This document shows positions 11,852 through 24,703 of a DNA stretch of 64,000 nucleotides, piece by piece. Made by a program: the position numbers and the translations under genes. The notes under the pieces were generated by a model. It was given only the letters and a program-made list of their open reading frames with translations. It was not told the origin of the DNA and ran no database searches. Source of the stretch: Balamuthia mandrillaris. Lineage: Eukaryota. The stretch is from NCBI GenBank assembly GCA_031835245.2, contig JAVKOQ020000097.1, positions 62,001 through 126,000 of the forward strand, given 5' to 3'. Each line of letters begins with the position of its first letter. Positions within the stretch are counted from its first letter, which is position 1.

Positions 11852-13468
11852 TTATTGTGAGGAAAGCTCTTGCAGCAGCGGGTGCAGCCGCTCTAAGAGC
11901 TTCATTGCAATCCTCTCCCATCCGAAATACTCCAGAGCAAAGCGTCTGGGAACCTCCGGGTCATACCTCTCCACGATCCATCTCACCACCTGCTCCACTC
12001 TCTCCAAGTCCTCCGCCGTGACCTCCCATCCGGTCACACCCATCAGGTAATGCGCCCTCCAAACCGCAGCATCGATGCTCAAGATGAAGTTGCCACACAT
12101 CTGACTCTCGATGATGCTCAGCTCGTATCCGGAGACGATGGCGGAGGCCCACATCCATGAACGTTTCAACAGTTGGACGTACTCCACGAAAGGGATCTTG
12201 TCTGGATAGTGAACATCCGCAAAACGCTTGGCGGCAGGAGCTAAGAGTTCTCTTCCTCCCAGAACGACGATGGTCAGGTTTAGAAGTTCTCGCAGATGTT
12301 GAAGCGAGCGAAGAAAACGAGCATAGGGGCGCAGGTAGTATTCTTCCATGTGAAAGTCTTTGTTGACTACAGCCTCGATGACAATGAGAGGAGTGGGGTG
12401 CTTGGTGGTATTTTGCCGATGTGCAACTTTGGAAGATGAAGAGAGAGAAGCTGAGGTAGGAAAGAACTGTGGTTCTTTTGAGGAAAGGGAAGGATAGAAG
12501 GAGAAGATCTCTGCATCTGCTCCCCATGGAAGAAAATGTATTATTCTTTGCCTTCCTTCATGTGCTCTCTCGGATAGGTCGAACCAAGCTCTTGGACAGA
12601 GAATTCCCACGTTTGCTTCCTCAGGCAAATAATCATCAAGGCCACACGTTGTGTCGAAGTGAATGAAGTTGAAAACGAAGGGTGTCTCCTTCGAATGTCG
12701 AGCAGCAATCACTTCCCTCCCCGAGAACATTTGCAGAATCGCGAATTCAGCTACCGTCCTGCCAGGTGGAACACCAACCAGCTCTTCCTGGTCTGGTTCG
12801 CCCACAAAGTAAAAGTTGTCTTCTTTGACACATACCGCCTCGCTTTTTTCGTCGTTGTAAGCCGAGAGAACTTGTTTCCTCGGAAGAACTTTGGCAAGCG
12901 CTTTGGCAAGACCTTCCGCTGTTGTTGCTCCTGCGTTGTTGACACCTGCTTTCGGAAGGTTGCACTCTCTAACGACAGCCACCCGTGCCCCTGAACGGAT
13001 GAACTCGGGAAGCACATGCTCTGGTATGGGGCTTCGCATGAATGCCCTCCTGGCACGTTCAGCGGGCAGGAGAACAAGGTCGTCGGGGGATTGGATACGG
13101 CTCATGTCAGATCTTTTGTAAGGCACGAAGTAATGGTTGCGCCATTGTTTGTGGCGAGTATGCTTTTGTTCGCATGTGTAGAAGATGGACGGGGGTTGGC
13201 GAACCAGGGCCGACTGTTGGTTTGGTCCGTTCTCCCCGCCGTCGCTGGAACTTTCATCATTAACGGTGAACTCGTGCGAATCGCTGTTGTGTTCGTTGTC
13301 GTCTCCGCTTTCGCTGTCAACGTTCTGGTTTCTCTCACTGGCAGGAGAAAACATACCGTTGTTCGATCCACTAGAACGGGGCTGCATCAGGAAGGGCGCA
13401 CGCCAGTGAAAGACAACAAAAGCTTGCACAGCCAACAACAACAACACGACCTGCTTCCATGATGGCAT
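11852..13468 (-). CDS. Type II membrane GT-B glycosyltransferase-like protein, paralog 2, intronless
   Basis: Tandem paralog of 9484..11388 sharing EFIRSGARVAV, LCPRAWFD, LPWGAD and TTKHPTPLIVIEAVVN, with a near-identical C-terminus. Likely start MPSWKQVVLLLL at 13468. Confidence 0.7.
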   Translation of the reverse strand: MPSWKQVVLLLLAVQAFVVFHWRAPFLMQPRSSGSNNGMFSPASERNQNVDSESGDDNEHNSDSHEFTVNDESSSDGGENGPNQQSALVRQPPSIFYTCEQKHTRHKQWRNHYFVPYKRSDMSRIQSPDDLVLLPAERARRAFMRSPIPEHVLPEFIRSGARVAVVRECNLPKAGVNNAGATTAEGLAKALAKVLPRKQVLSAYNDEKSEAVCVKEDNFYFVGEPDQEELVGVPPGRTVAEFAILQMFSGREVIAARHSKETPFVFNFIHFDTTCGLDDYLPEEANVGILCPRAWFDLSERAHEGRQRIIHFLPWGADAEIFSFYPSLSSKEPQFFPTSASLSSSSKVAHRQNTTKHPTPLIVIEAVVNKDFHMEEYYLRPYARFLRSLQHLRELLNLTIVVLGGRELLAPAAKRFADVHYPDKIPFVEYVQLLKRSWMWASAIVSGYELSIIESQMCGNFILSIDAAVWRAHYLMGVTGWEVTAEDLERVEQVVRWIVERYDPEVPRRFALEYFGWERIAMKLLERLHPLLQELSSQ

Positions 13469-14453
13469 CCGTTTTATTCTCCCCGTTTTTTTCTCCCCGT
13501 TCTTTCCTTCTTTTTTTTCTCCTCGAGGAAACGACACCTTTGTTGCAAACCTTAAAATGGTTGGTTGATCTTTTTTTGAGCTTCATTTTAAAATAAAATC
13601 CTCAAATAGGTGCTTTGCTTGGAGGTCTTACTTGCTTCCACAGAGAAACGCTCTTCATCGAAACCGTTGAGCTCACAGCCAACTAATCATACAGAAGCAA
13701 GGAGAAGGAAAGAGAGTAATGCAGAAAGAAGAACAAGCAGAACGACAACAAGGTGAGAGAGGAAGGACAGAAGAACAGGAATAAAGGGAAAACGAAAGCA
13801 AGAATACGCACCGGTACCCTCCCCTCTTCGGAAGCCAGTTTTAATACAGAGGCTTCGGCCCGTGAAGGCATAATCCTTTTCTGGACAAAGACAATGGGAA
13901 CACAGAGTCCGGAGTGAAGGGTCCCAATATCAGTTGCCCGGGCCCCTACATGCCCTCGTCCCTCATATCCTCGCCGAAACTCAGCTCACAATAAGGGACT
14001 AAAGCAATGTTTCGTGAGTACGTTTTGCAAAGGGGACTGCGAGCCCATCCAATTGCCTACCTCTGCTACTTCCCGTTTCTTCTGGCTTTGCCCCACCCAC
14101 ACGATCATTATCCTATTCGTGTCGTCTTGGCTCGTGGCTTTCTCCTTCTTGTGTAGCAGTCCTTTGGGCCTTAAAGGTGGTGCAGGTGGGTGAGCAGTTG
14201 CTGGTACACCGTGCCGCCAATCCGGGGACCCACAAGTTTCGTAAATGGAGCACTGTTAATGAGAGAATCTGCCTGAGAACCGCACTACATTGGTGAAGCG
14301 AATGACCCAGTGGAGGGACTGAACGGTTGTGTTTTTAACGAAAAAAAACACTCAAGGGGTGGTTTAAAAGTCTTCTTCTTTTTTTTTTTTGTTTATCTCA
14401 CCTTGTCTTTTGAGCTTTTGCGTTACTCCGCACAACAGCGAAACAACAGCGGA

Positions 14454-16021
14454 ATGCCAGCTCCCGGCCCGTTCTTCCTCTGCCTTTCCTTGCTCTGCTC
14501 CTCCCTGCTCTTCTTCCCTGCCCCCGCAAGAGGGCAAACCTTCCAGGCGGTCGACACCGGAGTTGCGTTCCCTGACGGAGCTCCTGTGTTCATGGGTGTA
14601 AGCGGAAGCATGACATGGGTGGACGTGGACCAGGACGGCCTCCTTGATGTTTTCTTTTTAGGAACCCATCGACCGATGTTCACGGAGGCCTCCTTGCTGT
14701 TCCACAACGACGGCAACTGGACCTTCTCCGAGATCACCCACCAGGCCTTTTCGGACAGTTCTCTCCCGAGGGACCTTCCTGGGCAAGCCAGATGGGCAGA
14801 CTTCAACCAGGACGGCTTCCCCGACCTGCTTGTCTTCAGCAGCGAGAGCCACACCGAGAAGTTTGTCAAAGTGTGGAAGAACAATCGAGGAGCCAACTTC
14901 ACGGAGGTGACCACGGAATTGCTTCCTGCTCTCTCCGTCTGCCAGTCCTCCTGGTGCTGGTTGGAATGGGGAGACTTTGATGGGGATGACCTCGTGGACC
15001 TCTTTCTTTCGGTGAGGAATGATGCCAAGACGGTGTTCCTCAACGATGGGAATGAACCCACCACCTTCACCACGGAGGTGGATGTCACCTCCGCCTTCGG
15101 AGGAGCGTACCACGCATATGTGGGAGAAGTGCGTGTGGTGGACTTCGATGGGGATGGCGATGATGACATCTTTTGGGTGATGGCCGGAGCCACTCGTTTG
15201 TATCGCAGCAACGGGGATGGGAGCTTCACGGATGCAACCAACAGTCTCATCGCAGGTTCTTTGCCTGACCTCCACCATGGCAGCGCAGACTGGGGAGACA
15301 TTAATGGGGACCAACGCTTGGACTTTGTGGTCTGTGGCGAGGAAGGCCAGGTGTTCTCGGCAGTGTTTCAGCAATCGGAGGAAGGGCAGTTCAGGGATGC
15401 CACCACAGAGCTCTTTTTCCGGAGGACTCTTGCCGCAAGTGTATCGCTGTTCCGCCCGGTTTGTGGACTCCGATGGAGATGGTCTTCTGGACTTGGCCAT
15501 CACTGGGGAAGATGGCGAGTCCATTCAACGTGGAGGATTGTTTAGAAACCGTGGGTCTTGGTTTGAAGGTTTGTTGCCTTCCCTTCTCTTGTTTTTCTAT
15601 TCTCCCTTCTGTGTGCTTTGTTGTGTTTGGACAAGAATGGGTGGTAATCTTGTGTTTCTTTTCTGATGGATGCATCACAGACGTGACCAACTTGGAGTTT
15701 GACGGCGATCAAGTCCCACTTCCACGTCAACCATATGGTAAGATAGCGTGGGTGGACGTGGATGGCAATCGCTCTCCTGACTACGCCGCCATCGACCAGT
15801 CCGGCCTCCAGCTGTGGAGGAACACTCGATTCTTCCCTGAAGATGAAAGCTCCTCCCTCTCCTCTTCTTCTTCTTCCTCCTCCTCCTCCTCCACTTCCTC
15901 CACTTCTTCTTCTGGGAGCTCCTTCTCTGCAGACTCTTCATCTTCCACGTCTGATGATGATGGGGATTCCGATAAAAGCGAGTCTTCGTCGACTTCATTT
16001 CGCCGTCCGACATTGTGGTGA
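14454..16021 (+). CDS. Secreted FG-GAP/VCBS-repeat beta-propeller protein (CRTAC1/ASPIC-like repeats), copy 1, with a +1 frameshift
   Basis: Signal peptide; repeated Ca-binding motifs WVDVDQDGLLDV, WADFNQDGFPDL, WGDFDGDDLVDL, VDFDGDGDDDI, WGDINGDQRLD and VDSDGDGLLDL; Ser-rich tail. Frameshift in T5 run 15414-15418; one intron near 15570-15665. Confidence 0.8.
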
Positions 16022-16190
16022 GGAAGACGGCACGGTTAGCTTGTTTCCTTTTTTTTGTGTCGTTAGATACATCTCTAGTCTTACGATGAACTAGTTTTTT
16101 CTGTTCTTGTGTTTCTTCCACGAACCAACAAAAATATTGCTTCAGTTGGTCTTGAACCTCTGCAACCTACAGGTGAGGTACAGCCCCATC

Positions 16191-19100
16191 CTATCTGCTC
16201 TCCTCCGAGGATCCGACCCCATCAGAGGTGGAGTGCTCTAGAACAACAGAGAAGGAAAAACAAACTTTTGTTTCATATTTTTAAACTCAAAATAGTGTTT
16301 ATTTATTGTTGTTTCTTCTCAAACCGCCCAAAGACCGCGGCAGGCTGTAGGAACTGTACTGCTCCATCAGGGACTTGAAGAAGGTGCCGCCCTCCTCCTT
16401 CTTCATGCCCTTGAGCTCCATGACCCGCTGGAAGTCCGCCTCGGAGCCGCCGACCACCAAGGCCCGGTAAGTCTCCAGCAAGCTCTCCTGCGGGGTCATG
16501 ACGATCTTGAGCAGCGTCTCCGCCTTCCCGATCCCCTTGTTGACCTGCTTGACGTAGGTCTTGGGGGCGGTGCCGCCCATGCGGCCCATGGTGGGCACCT
16601 CGATGAGGGCCTTCTTGATGGTGGTGATGTCGAAGAGCATCTGCTCGGCGCCGATCTCGCTGATCTGCTTGCACTTGTAGATGTTTTCTATCAAACGAGG
16701 AATGAAGGAACTTGTTTTTGTTTGTTGCATGAGTTGGTTGGGTTTTAAGAGAAAGTTTGGACAAGAAAAAGAAAAAAGAAAAAGAAAAAGAGAAAGAAAA
16801 AGAAAGATAAGAAAAGAGAAGAAGAGAAGAGAAGAAAAACGTACTAAATGAACTGATTACAAAAATGTTGAAAGTGCACATCCACCTTTCCACCGGCCCC
16901 CAAGCCTCCTAGTCCTCCTCCACCTCCGCCTCCGCTCGCTCCTCCGCTCTTGCTCAGCCACGTGCGATAAAGCGGTATAGTCTCTGAGAGGACCGTCAGG
17001 ATGTGGGTGACGTACGCCGATTGATCTCCAACGGCCTCCCATGTGGCCCAACTCATTTTGGTCATCTCAGCGAGGGCCGGCTCCAGTTTGCCTTCTAAGC
17101 CGCGCACAAGTACTTTGCTTGAATGCGCTAATACGCTGATTGTTTTTGTGCAAGAGCGAAAAATAAGAAAGAAAGAAAGAAAGAAAGAAATAACAAGGAG
17201 AGAAGGAATCTTACTCTTCAAAAGCTTCTCGTTGTTCCGTCAAGTCGATGTTATCAACAAAAGCAGGATCGATAAGTTTGATTACAGTATCGGACATTGA
17301 TGATGTTGTGTTGGCGCAGTATTCCGCGGTGTTGAGGATCAAAAGGGTCATTCTTTGCTCCGCGTTTGAAAGAGCAATGTAGTCCGCATTACTTTTATCA
17401 CTATATTTGTACAAGGACAGGGATGAACAAAAAGCAAACAAATGAGAAAACAAGTGATAAATACGAACACAGCTGAAAGTTTAGCATCCAAAGCTTTGGC
17501 ATACTGCGACAGGAACTTCTTGTACAGTCGATAAAGGTCGAAGAAAGGTTGTCCTTTGCTGAGAGCATTGCACTCCTTCATGATCTTGTAAAAGTCATGA
17601 ATCATGTCGGTGGCACTACGGGCCACTTTGCTAATGGAACTCATTAATTCGTCGTCATCCTCTTCGTCCATGTCTCCTTCTATGTCCCACTTCTCCTCTT
17701 CCAGGCGGCGCTTCATCTCGCGCTCCATTCTTGTGTTGAGATGGTCGATAAAGATGCTCAAATAGGGCTCAAAACTGGCAGATATGACTCCTAAAATAAT
17801 TTGTAGAAGGTTAAAACAGCACAACGATATGCAACGACGGAAATAACTGAAACAAGCCAGTACAATGAAAGAATAGAAGCGTACCTTTGAATTGATGAGG
17901 ACCATCTGCAGTAAGAGTTTGGGCGGAGACAATAGGAGCCATGCCGGGTTGTCCCCCCGTTCTTTTCTCTTTCTGTTTTGCCAATTTTTGCTGGAAACGA
18001 CGAAGCCGTCTCTTGATAGCTTCAGCCGAGTTCGGATTCAATTCAGTCTCATCCTCCATATCGTCATCATCGCCTATCTCGTTTGCTCCTTTCCCTTCGT
18101 CTGCATTTTCGCCTCCGTTCTCCCCATCTGCCAAAACTGCTGCTCTCATCTCCGCTGATGCGAATATCTATTGTATTTAAACCAATAATAAAGTTATAAG
18201 AAAGAAAAAAGAACAGGAATAGCAGAGAAGAAGCGAAAGAAGCGAGGAGAGCTACACAACACGAGCGCAGGAGAGGGAGGGAGAGCAAAGAACCTGCGGA
18301 ACTCTAGAAACAAAGCGTTTGGACAATTTGAACTCAAAATCCAAAGTTCGTTTCATAACGGCAGTCAACAACTCCACACCCAGGGTAGTGGCGTTTCTTT
18401 CCAAAATGTCGGTGAGGTGTTGTCTCGTAATTCTACAAAATTGTTGACAGATTACTTGGTCCATATTCCAGCCCAGAGGAAAGATGCGCGCAAACTGTTG
18501 GTCGTAGTACTGAAGCTCTTGCCATAGCCACTCGAAACGTCGTTCGGTGTATTCCAGCCGATCTGATTTGCCACCAGAGCCAGAAGCGAAGGCCATTTCA
18601 TAGTCTCGAAGCTGCTGTTTGGCGAACCATTCTATAAACTCTTCTCTGAGTAATGAGAGTTGATTTGTTAGTTCGTAATTTTAGAGAATGAAGGAACAAG
18701 TAAGCAAACAAACTTGGCTTCCGAGCCTAGAGCATCGACCACAAAACAAGCTTCTGTGAGGTTCATCGCATTGCTGATATGTTCTCTTCCCTTGCTGTCC
18801 CAAAGGTAAGTGATTGCAATCGCAAAGATAACAACACGACAAACCTGGCTCCCTCGAACTCCTTGTAGATCTGTTCATGCAAGCCCTGCTTTATCGCAGT
18901 CACCTTCTCATTCAAGGCCGCGATCTTGGGGACCGTCCTATACTGCTGGAAATGGGCCGTGGATAGCTCCGTGATGGCCTCCAGCAGGTTGCCCACCTCC
19001 CTGTACTGCCTCTTGTGGCTCATGACCTCCAGCTGGTCCACGCTCGACACCAGCATGTCCAGGCGCTTCAGGGCGGTGATGGTGGCCGTGAGGTGGCGTT

Positions 19101-19449
19101 TGGCAAAGTCCAGGCTCTTGATGTCGCGGCAGATGTCCTGAACCATGCGCTCCGACTCGGCGGCCTTGCGGCGGATGTCATGGATCTTGGAGAAGAGCTC
19201 CTGAATGCTGTCCTTGGCTTGATGAAGGTCTTCACCTATGTTTCCTGCTCCACTTGCTTGCAGAGATGTGGAGTGAGAAGAAGAAGAGGAGGAGTTCGAC
19301 TGGTTGCGGATCTCGCGAAGGATGGTTTCGTCGGTTTGGTTGATCTTGAGCTTGAGGCGGGAGATAGCTTTGTCCACGTCTACCAATGACTGTTCTGTTT
19401 TGTTCAACAGGTGTTTTTGTATGTGTTATTAGAGCAAAAGAAAAGCAGA

Positions 19450-19499
<50 letters not shown>

Positions 19500-19861
19500 A
19501 AGCAGGAGAAGCAGGAGAAGAGAGAACAAGAAGAGAGATGCTGAAGAAAAACGAGTGGGTGGAAGGAGAGAAATAGCAAGTGCATACCATTGGGGAACAT
19601 GTGGTTGATGTAGTCGACAGGATCAAAGTCAGGGGCGTCCAAAGGGTCATTGCTGGGCAAGATCTCAGTGATGGCGGCGTGCAGCTCTGGCGTGAACCAC
19701 TTTTGCAGGCTCTGTTGCATCAACCTCTCGCCTGCCTCTTCCGCTGGCACCTTTGCTTTGGCCTCCCCCTCGATCCCTTCCGTCCTCTTCTTTTTCTTCT
19801 TCGTGCTGGCCGCAGCGCCGTTCCCACCTGCAGTCTTTGGTGTCGTCGTCGTCGTGGCCAT
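16191..19861 (-). CDS. VPS53: GARP/EARP complex subunit Vps53, multi-exon
   Basis: DPLDAPDFDPVDYINHMFPN, KAAESERMVQDICRDIKSLDFAKRHLTATITALKRLDML, RLEYTERRFEWL, LILNTAEYC, WEAVGDQSAYV, IYKCKQISEIGAEQMLFD. Last exon inferred (TAG at 16191; alternative stop at 16299). Confidence 0.93.
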
Positions 19862-19905
19862 CTTTCTTTCTTTCTTTTCAAATCTTCCTTTTTCTTCTTT
19901 TTAGT

Positions 19906-19940
19906 ATGTCGACATTTAAGAAGCGAAAAAATGTCGACAT
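19906..19940. promoter_or_regulatory. Two perfect palindromes ATGTCGACAT just upstream of VPS53
   Basis: ATGTCGACAT at 19906-19915 and 19931-19940, 45-80 bp upstream of the VPS53 ATG. The same core recurs at other gene starts. Confidence 0.5.
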
Positions 19941-20917
19941 TTTTTTTTCCTTCAAAGGTGTCTGTCTAAGCGGACAGGGGATTCTCATTTAAAAGCATAA
20001 GAGCAAAGAACAAGAAGTAGAAAAAAAGACAACAAAATAAAGAGACAAAGAAAGAAAGACAAAGAACAAGAGAGAGAAAGAAAGAGAATAAGAGACAAAG
20101 AAAGAAAAAAAAAGAAAAAAGAAAAGAAAGAGAACAAAATAAAGAAAGGAAGAAAAAGAACAAAAGAAAGAGAAAAAGAGAGAGAGAGAGAAAGAAAAAG
20201 AGAGAGAGAGAGAGAGAAAGAAAGAAAAGAAAAAAGAAAGAGTATAGTCCAGGTCATATTCACCCAGTTTCAAACCTTTCATAAATAATAACAGTCACAG
20301 TACCTCATAGCCCTTCAAGTTAAAGGGTAAAAGGCAAGTCATGCTGGACCTGGAGTGATACACAAGTTAGTGAGTCTTTAGATTCAAGTCATAATGAACT
20401 TGCCAAACTGTCACAACTACTAAAAGTTAAAAAAAAAATAAAAAAAAGAAAAATAAAAGAAAAGAAAAAACAAGAATAAAGAACACTAAACATATGTTTT
20501 AAACTAAATATTAAATAAATAGTTTAAGATTGACAAAAGACAATTAAGTTTATTATAAAAGTGATAAACAATTGAATAATCTTACTTACATTAATCATTA
20601 CTATTTTTACTTTACTCTTCTTTTTCATTTTTCTCTTTTGTTGTGATGTTGAACACTAAATAAGTATGCTTGAATATAGCTAACTTGATAATAGAGAATT
20701 GGGAAGAAAAAGGAAGAGCAGATGATATAAATTGTTGTTTAACCCCAATCCAAGTTGAGTAATGTGGTTTTATTAAGACTATAAAGTATTAAGATGTTGA
20801 ATAATGCTTTCTTTTTCATTGTCAACTTCTTGCTTTTGTGCTAGCATAGGCCATATACCCAGTAGAGGGATGCAAATTGATGACACTGTTTTCTTCTTTG
20901 GTGTAGACAAATTATTA

Positions 20918-23870
20918 AGGCGTCGATGGTGACCAAGGCGTATCAGTACCCTTCGGCCGTCAAGGGCAACTCACTGATCAGGTCCATGCAGACCAACTCG
21001 CCTGGCTCGTTAGCAATGATGTGACCCAACGGCCCGTCGGCTTTCTTCCGCGGAGCCCTCGCCTCCTGGCATTCCACACAGCCCTTGACCCAACGTTCCA
21101 CATCTTTGTGAATTCCAGGCCACCAGTACTGCGTGATGAGGCGGGAGTACATCTTCGTAAGGCCGAAATGCCCACCCGTAGGAACATCGTGGAACTGACG
21201 AAGTATCTCGTTCCTAAGCTCCTTGGGCACGATTTGTTGGACGGTAGCTTGTTTGACCTTGGCTTTATCAGGCCAAATCGCGCGTAATAAATGTCCGTCT
21301 TGAAGGAAGCACTGCTCCATGAGTGCCAACTGACGGGGTGTCTTGCGTTGACATGCCTCCTCGTTGCCTTCAATGGCTTCAACGATCCATGAAAATTCAT
21401 CGTCGTTACGCAGCAGCTCAAGCCATGAGTCGGAATCCAACTCCATATCCGGTAAAACCTGCGGGGAGCCATTTTCTTGTGACTGTATCCCACGGTCGTC
21501 TTCGTCGTCTGACTGGCTGCCTTCCCCTCCGTCTGCGAAAGTAACCTGCTTGCGGTTCTTCGGACGAGTAACAGTGTTGACTGCACCGAGAGCGAACGGT
21601 TCACGGCTGAGACTATCGGCATTGGAATGTTCCTTCCCTGGTCGGTGGGTAACTCGGACGTGGCCGAATTCCTGCAGCTTGGCAATCCACCTCGCCAACT
21701 TGCCCGAAGGGTTCTTCTGGGAGAACAGCCATTGCAGAGCAGAATGGTCAGTAACGACACATTCTAACTGCTGAAGAACATAATGTCTCCAATGCTGTAG
21801 GAAGAAGACAACGGCGTAAGCCTCCTTCTCCGTGGCGCTCCAATTGAGCTGCGGACCAGAAAGCTTCTTGCTACCGTAGGCTACAACATGGTATAGCCCA
21901 TCCTCTCCTTTCTGCTCCAGAGTTCCCCCGATGGCGTAATCGCTGGCATCACAGCAGATCCGAAAGTCCTTTTCAGCATCAGGATAGGCAAGGACAGGAG
22001 AACTGATCAGAGCCTCCTTTATCCCTTGGAAAGCCTTTTCCTGCTCGTCGCTCCACACGAACTTCGTTTTGGGGCTCGTGAGGTCGGTGAGGGGCTTCAC
22101 CATCTCAGCGAGATGATGGATAAACTTGCGATAGTAGTTTGCAAGTCCAAGGAAGCTTTGTAGTTGCTTCCTGGTGGTAGGGCGTGGGCAATCTTGCACC
22201 GCCTTGACCTTGCTCTGTACTGGGCTAATTCCATCGCTAGACACCATGTGTCCAAGGTACTCCATCGTCTCCTTCACGAAGGCGCATTTGTTGACCTTCA
22301 CGTAGAGTCGATACTCACGGAGACGCTCAAAGACCTTGCGTAAGTGAACGAGGTGGTCCTCAAATGTCTTAGAAAAAACGATGAGGTCGTCAATATGACA
22401 CCAAGAAAACTTCCGCTTGAATTCGCCGAAGATCTCGTCCATTCCTCGTTGGAACGTAGCCGGAGCGTTAGTAGGTCCGAAGGGCATAACCACAGGCTCA
22501 AACTGACCGGATTTCGTAACGAAGGCACATATTTGCGGTGCGTTCCTCCATAAGGAAGTGCCAATAACCGCACGCTAAGTCGAATTTGGATCGGAACTTG
22601 GAGCCGTGGAGGCAATTCAGTCCGTCCTCAACGTTAGGCATTGGGTAGGAATCCTTCACCGTACGTTTGTTTAGCTCTCTGTAGTCGATACAGAATCGTG
22701 GCTTTCCGTCCTTCTTGATGACGATGATCACAGGGTGTGCCCATTCGCTGACAGATTTGCGAATGACGCCCATAAGTAGCATGTCGTCCGTGGCAGCATC
22801 GATGGTCTCCTGAACCTTGGCGCTGACCTTGTGAGGCTTCACACGGATGGGGGTATAATCCGTTAGGACTATCTTGTGGGGTGGAAGTTTGACACTTCCC
22901 GGCTCAGGAAGCTTGTAGCAGAAGACGTCCTTGTATTCAAGGGCCAGCACTAGAAGCCGTGCTTTCTGCCCAATATCCAGGTCCGCGTCGTTCACGAGCT
23001 CTCTCAAGCCCGTCATTACCTCTTCCTCGGTAGGAAGCTCCACCGGGTAGATAACGTCCACGACGTCTAGGGTCTCCTTTGTGACTGAGGTGCACACTCG
23101 GTCATCATCAGAGTCACCAGACGAACCGTCCACAGGTTTGCTCTCAGCGAGAAGTAACCAGTGTCGTCGTGCTTCCAAAATATCCCAGCCAATAAGAAGA
23201 TCGTGCGGCATCGGATCATCCTCTGCCAAGACAGCAACGGTTGCCTTGACGTTCTCGCGAGTAGGCGTCCGAAAACGAAGAGCGACGTAACCCTTCGGCT
23301 TCACTTCATGGCCAGTAGCACTTCTCCACATATCCCCGTTATGAGGCTACTAATTTTCACTCCTTTGGGTAGAGGTGTTTGTCGGACGAAGCTATCGGTG
23401 GCACAGGAGTCCAGCGCGGCCTCGATTGTCCTTCCTCCGGAGATCTTCATAGACATCCTCGGTAGACAACGCGCGTTCTTGACGACAATATTCGTCGATC
23501 CTGTCCTTCCACCAGCACTGTCCTTCTGGGCCGGTGCCTGGCTTTGGCTTCCAGACTTGCCCTTTGTGTCCCGCAAAGTACCGCCAAAAGTATCCTTCTT
23601 CTTACTTTGGTCGACACGTTTCTTTTCCGAGCCCTCTCTTGTCCAGTGCTCTCTCGACTTGCAGTTGTAGCAAAAGGGTCGTTTCTTCTTCCCATCATTG
23701 CCCGAACTGCTGTCTTTGTTGTTCTTATCCCGTCGAGAGCTCCTTGACCGATGGTCACGCTCTTCTTCGCGTGCTGTCGTCCTTCCCAGGTCCGGAGACA
23801 TTCCTTCAGCGGGAGGACATTGCTAATATGGCTGATGCCCTGAACCTCGCGAGAGACTGTCAACATAACC
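20918..23870 (-). mobile_element. Ty3/gypsy LTR-retrotransposon internal fragment (gag knuckle-PR-RT-RNaseH-partial IN), degenerate, no LTRs seen
   Basis: Degenerate zinc knuckle CYNCKSREHWTREG; protease ALDSCAT; RT RFCIDYRELN, MPFGPTNAPATFQ, HIDDLIVFS; RNaseH CDASDYAIGG, ATEKEAYA, TDHSAL; integrase HHCC HDVPTGGHFG...CVECQ then MDLI. RT-RH-IN order indicates gypsy. Frameshifts near 23310 and 22500, a stop at 20943 and abrupt truncation at about 20918. Confidence 0.95.
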
Positions 23871-24703
23871 AACTTCTTCTATTTCTTTTTTCATTTCTTT
23901 TTTTTTAGAAGTTTATTTACTATCCAATGGGCTGGGCGGCTCAACTTTGTAGGTAATAATACCTCCGGTACCTCTTATTGGCATCAATGCTGATGGACAG
24001 AGTCCAATTAGGGGAAATAGACAAGATTGCTTATAATATATCTTTATTATCCTTTTTTTTGGTAGTAAAAGGAAGAAAATATTTCATATTGTGCTCACCT
24101 TCACACTTGGAAGCACCAAAAGAAGGGTTGATCGCTTTTGAAAAAGAGAGAGTGATGTTGCCACTAATGTCAGCGTTGAGATGTTGGTTATACAATTGTA
24201 CCAAAAAGTTGGGTGGCAGATCACCTCCAAACTCTTCCATGTAGGTAACAACTTCTTTTGGTTAAATTTAAAATGAAGTGTTGTATAAAAGAGGAGATGA
24301 CAATGGCGTTCATAAGATACCCAACGAACTTTCCACACAAAGATGATGCACACCTGTACAAACTGGTTTTTCTCGTTTTCTGTTTCCTCTTCCTCACTTT
24401 CTTCATCCTCACCTGCTTTATCTACAACATGGCGTTTCTTTTGTGGTGATTTTCCTCTTCTTGAAAGAAAGAAGTATTTACAAAAAACAAAAAATGCACT
24501 AAATTCTATCTCAAAAAGAATGTAAGTTTGCGACACAGGCAAAAGTTCCCAGGAATTTTTGTAAAGGTTTCAGCAGTTTGTAAACATTTCGAGGGGAATT
24601 TTTGCCATTCCTGAAATTTTTCCTGGTACCAAAAAGAGAGCGAGAGCGAGAGAGTGAAATGCTCTTGAGAAATGCTGGCAGCGCCAAGGGGTTTAAAGTC
24701 AAT

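Noticed and set aside
23301..23331. Programmed gag-pol frameshift in the gypsy element
   Set aside because: The frame break falls inside the protease, after the catalytic motif, and a second break lies inside RT. This fits decay or sequencing error.
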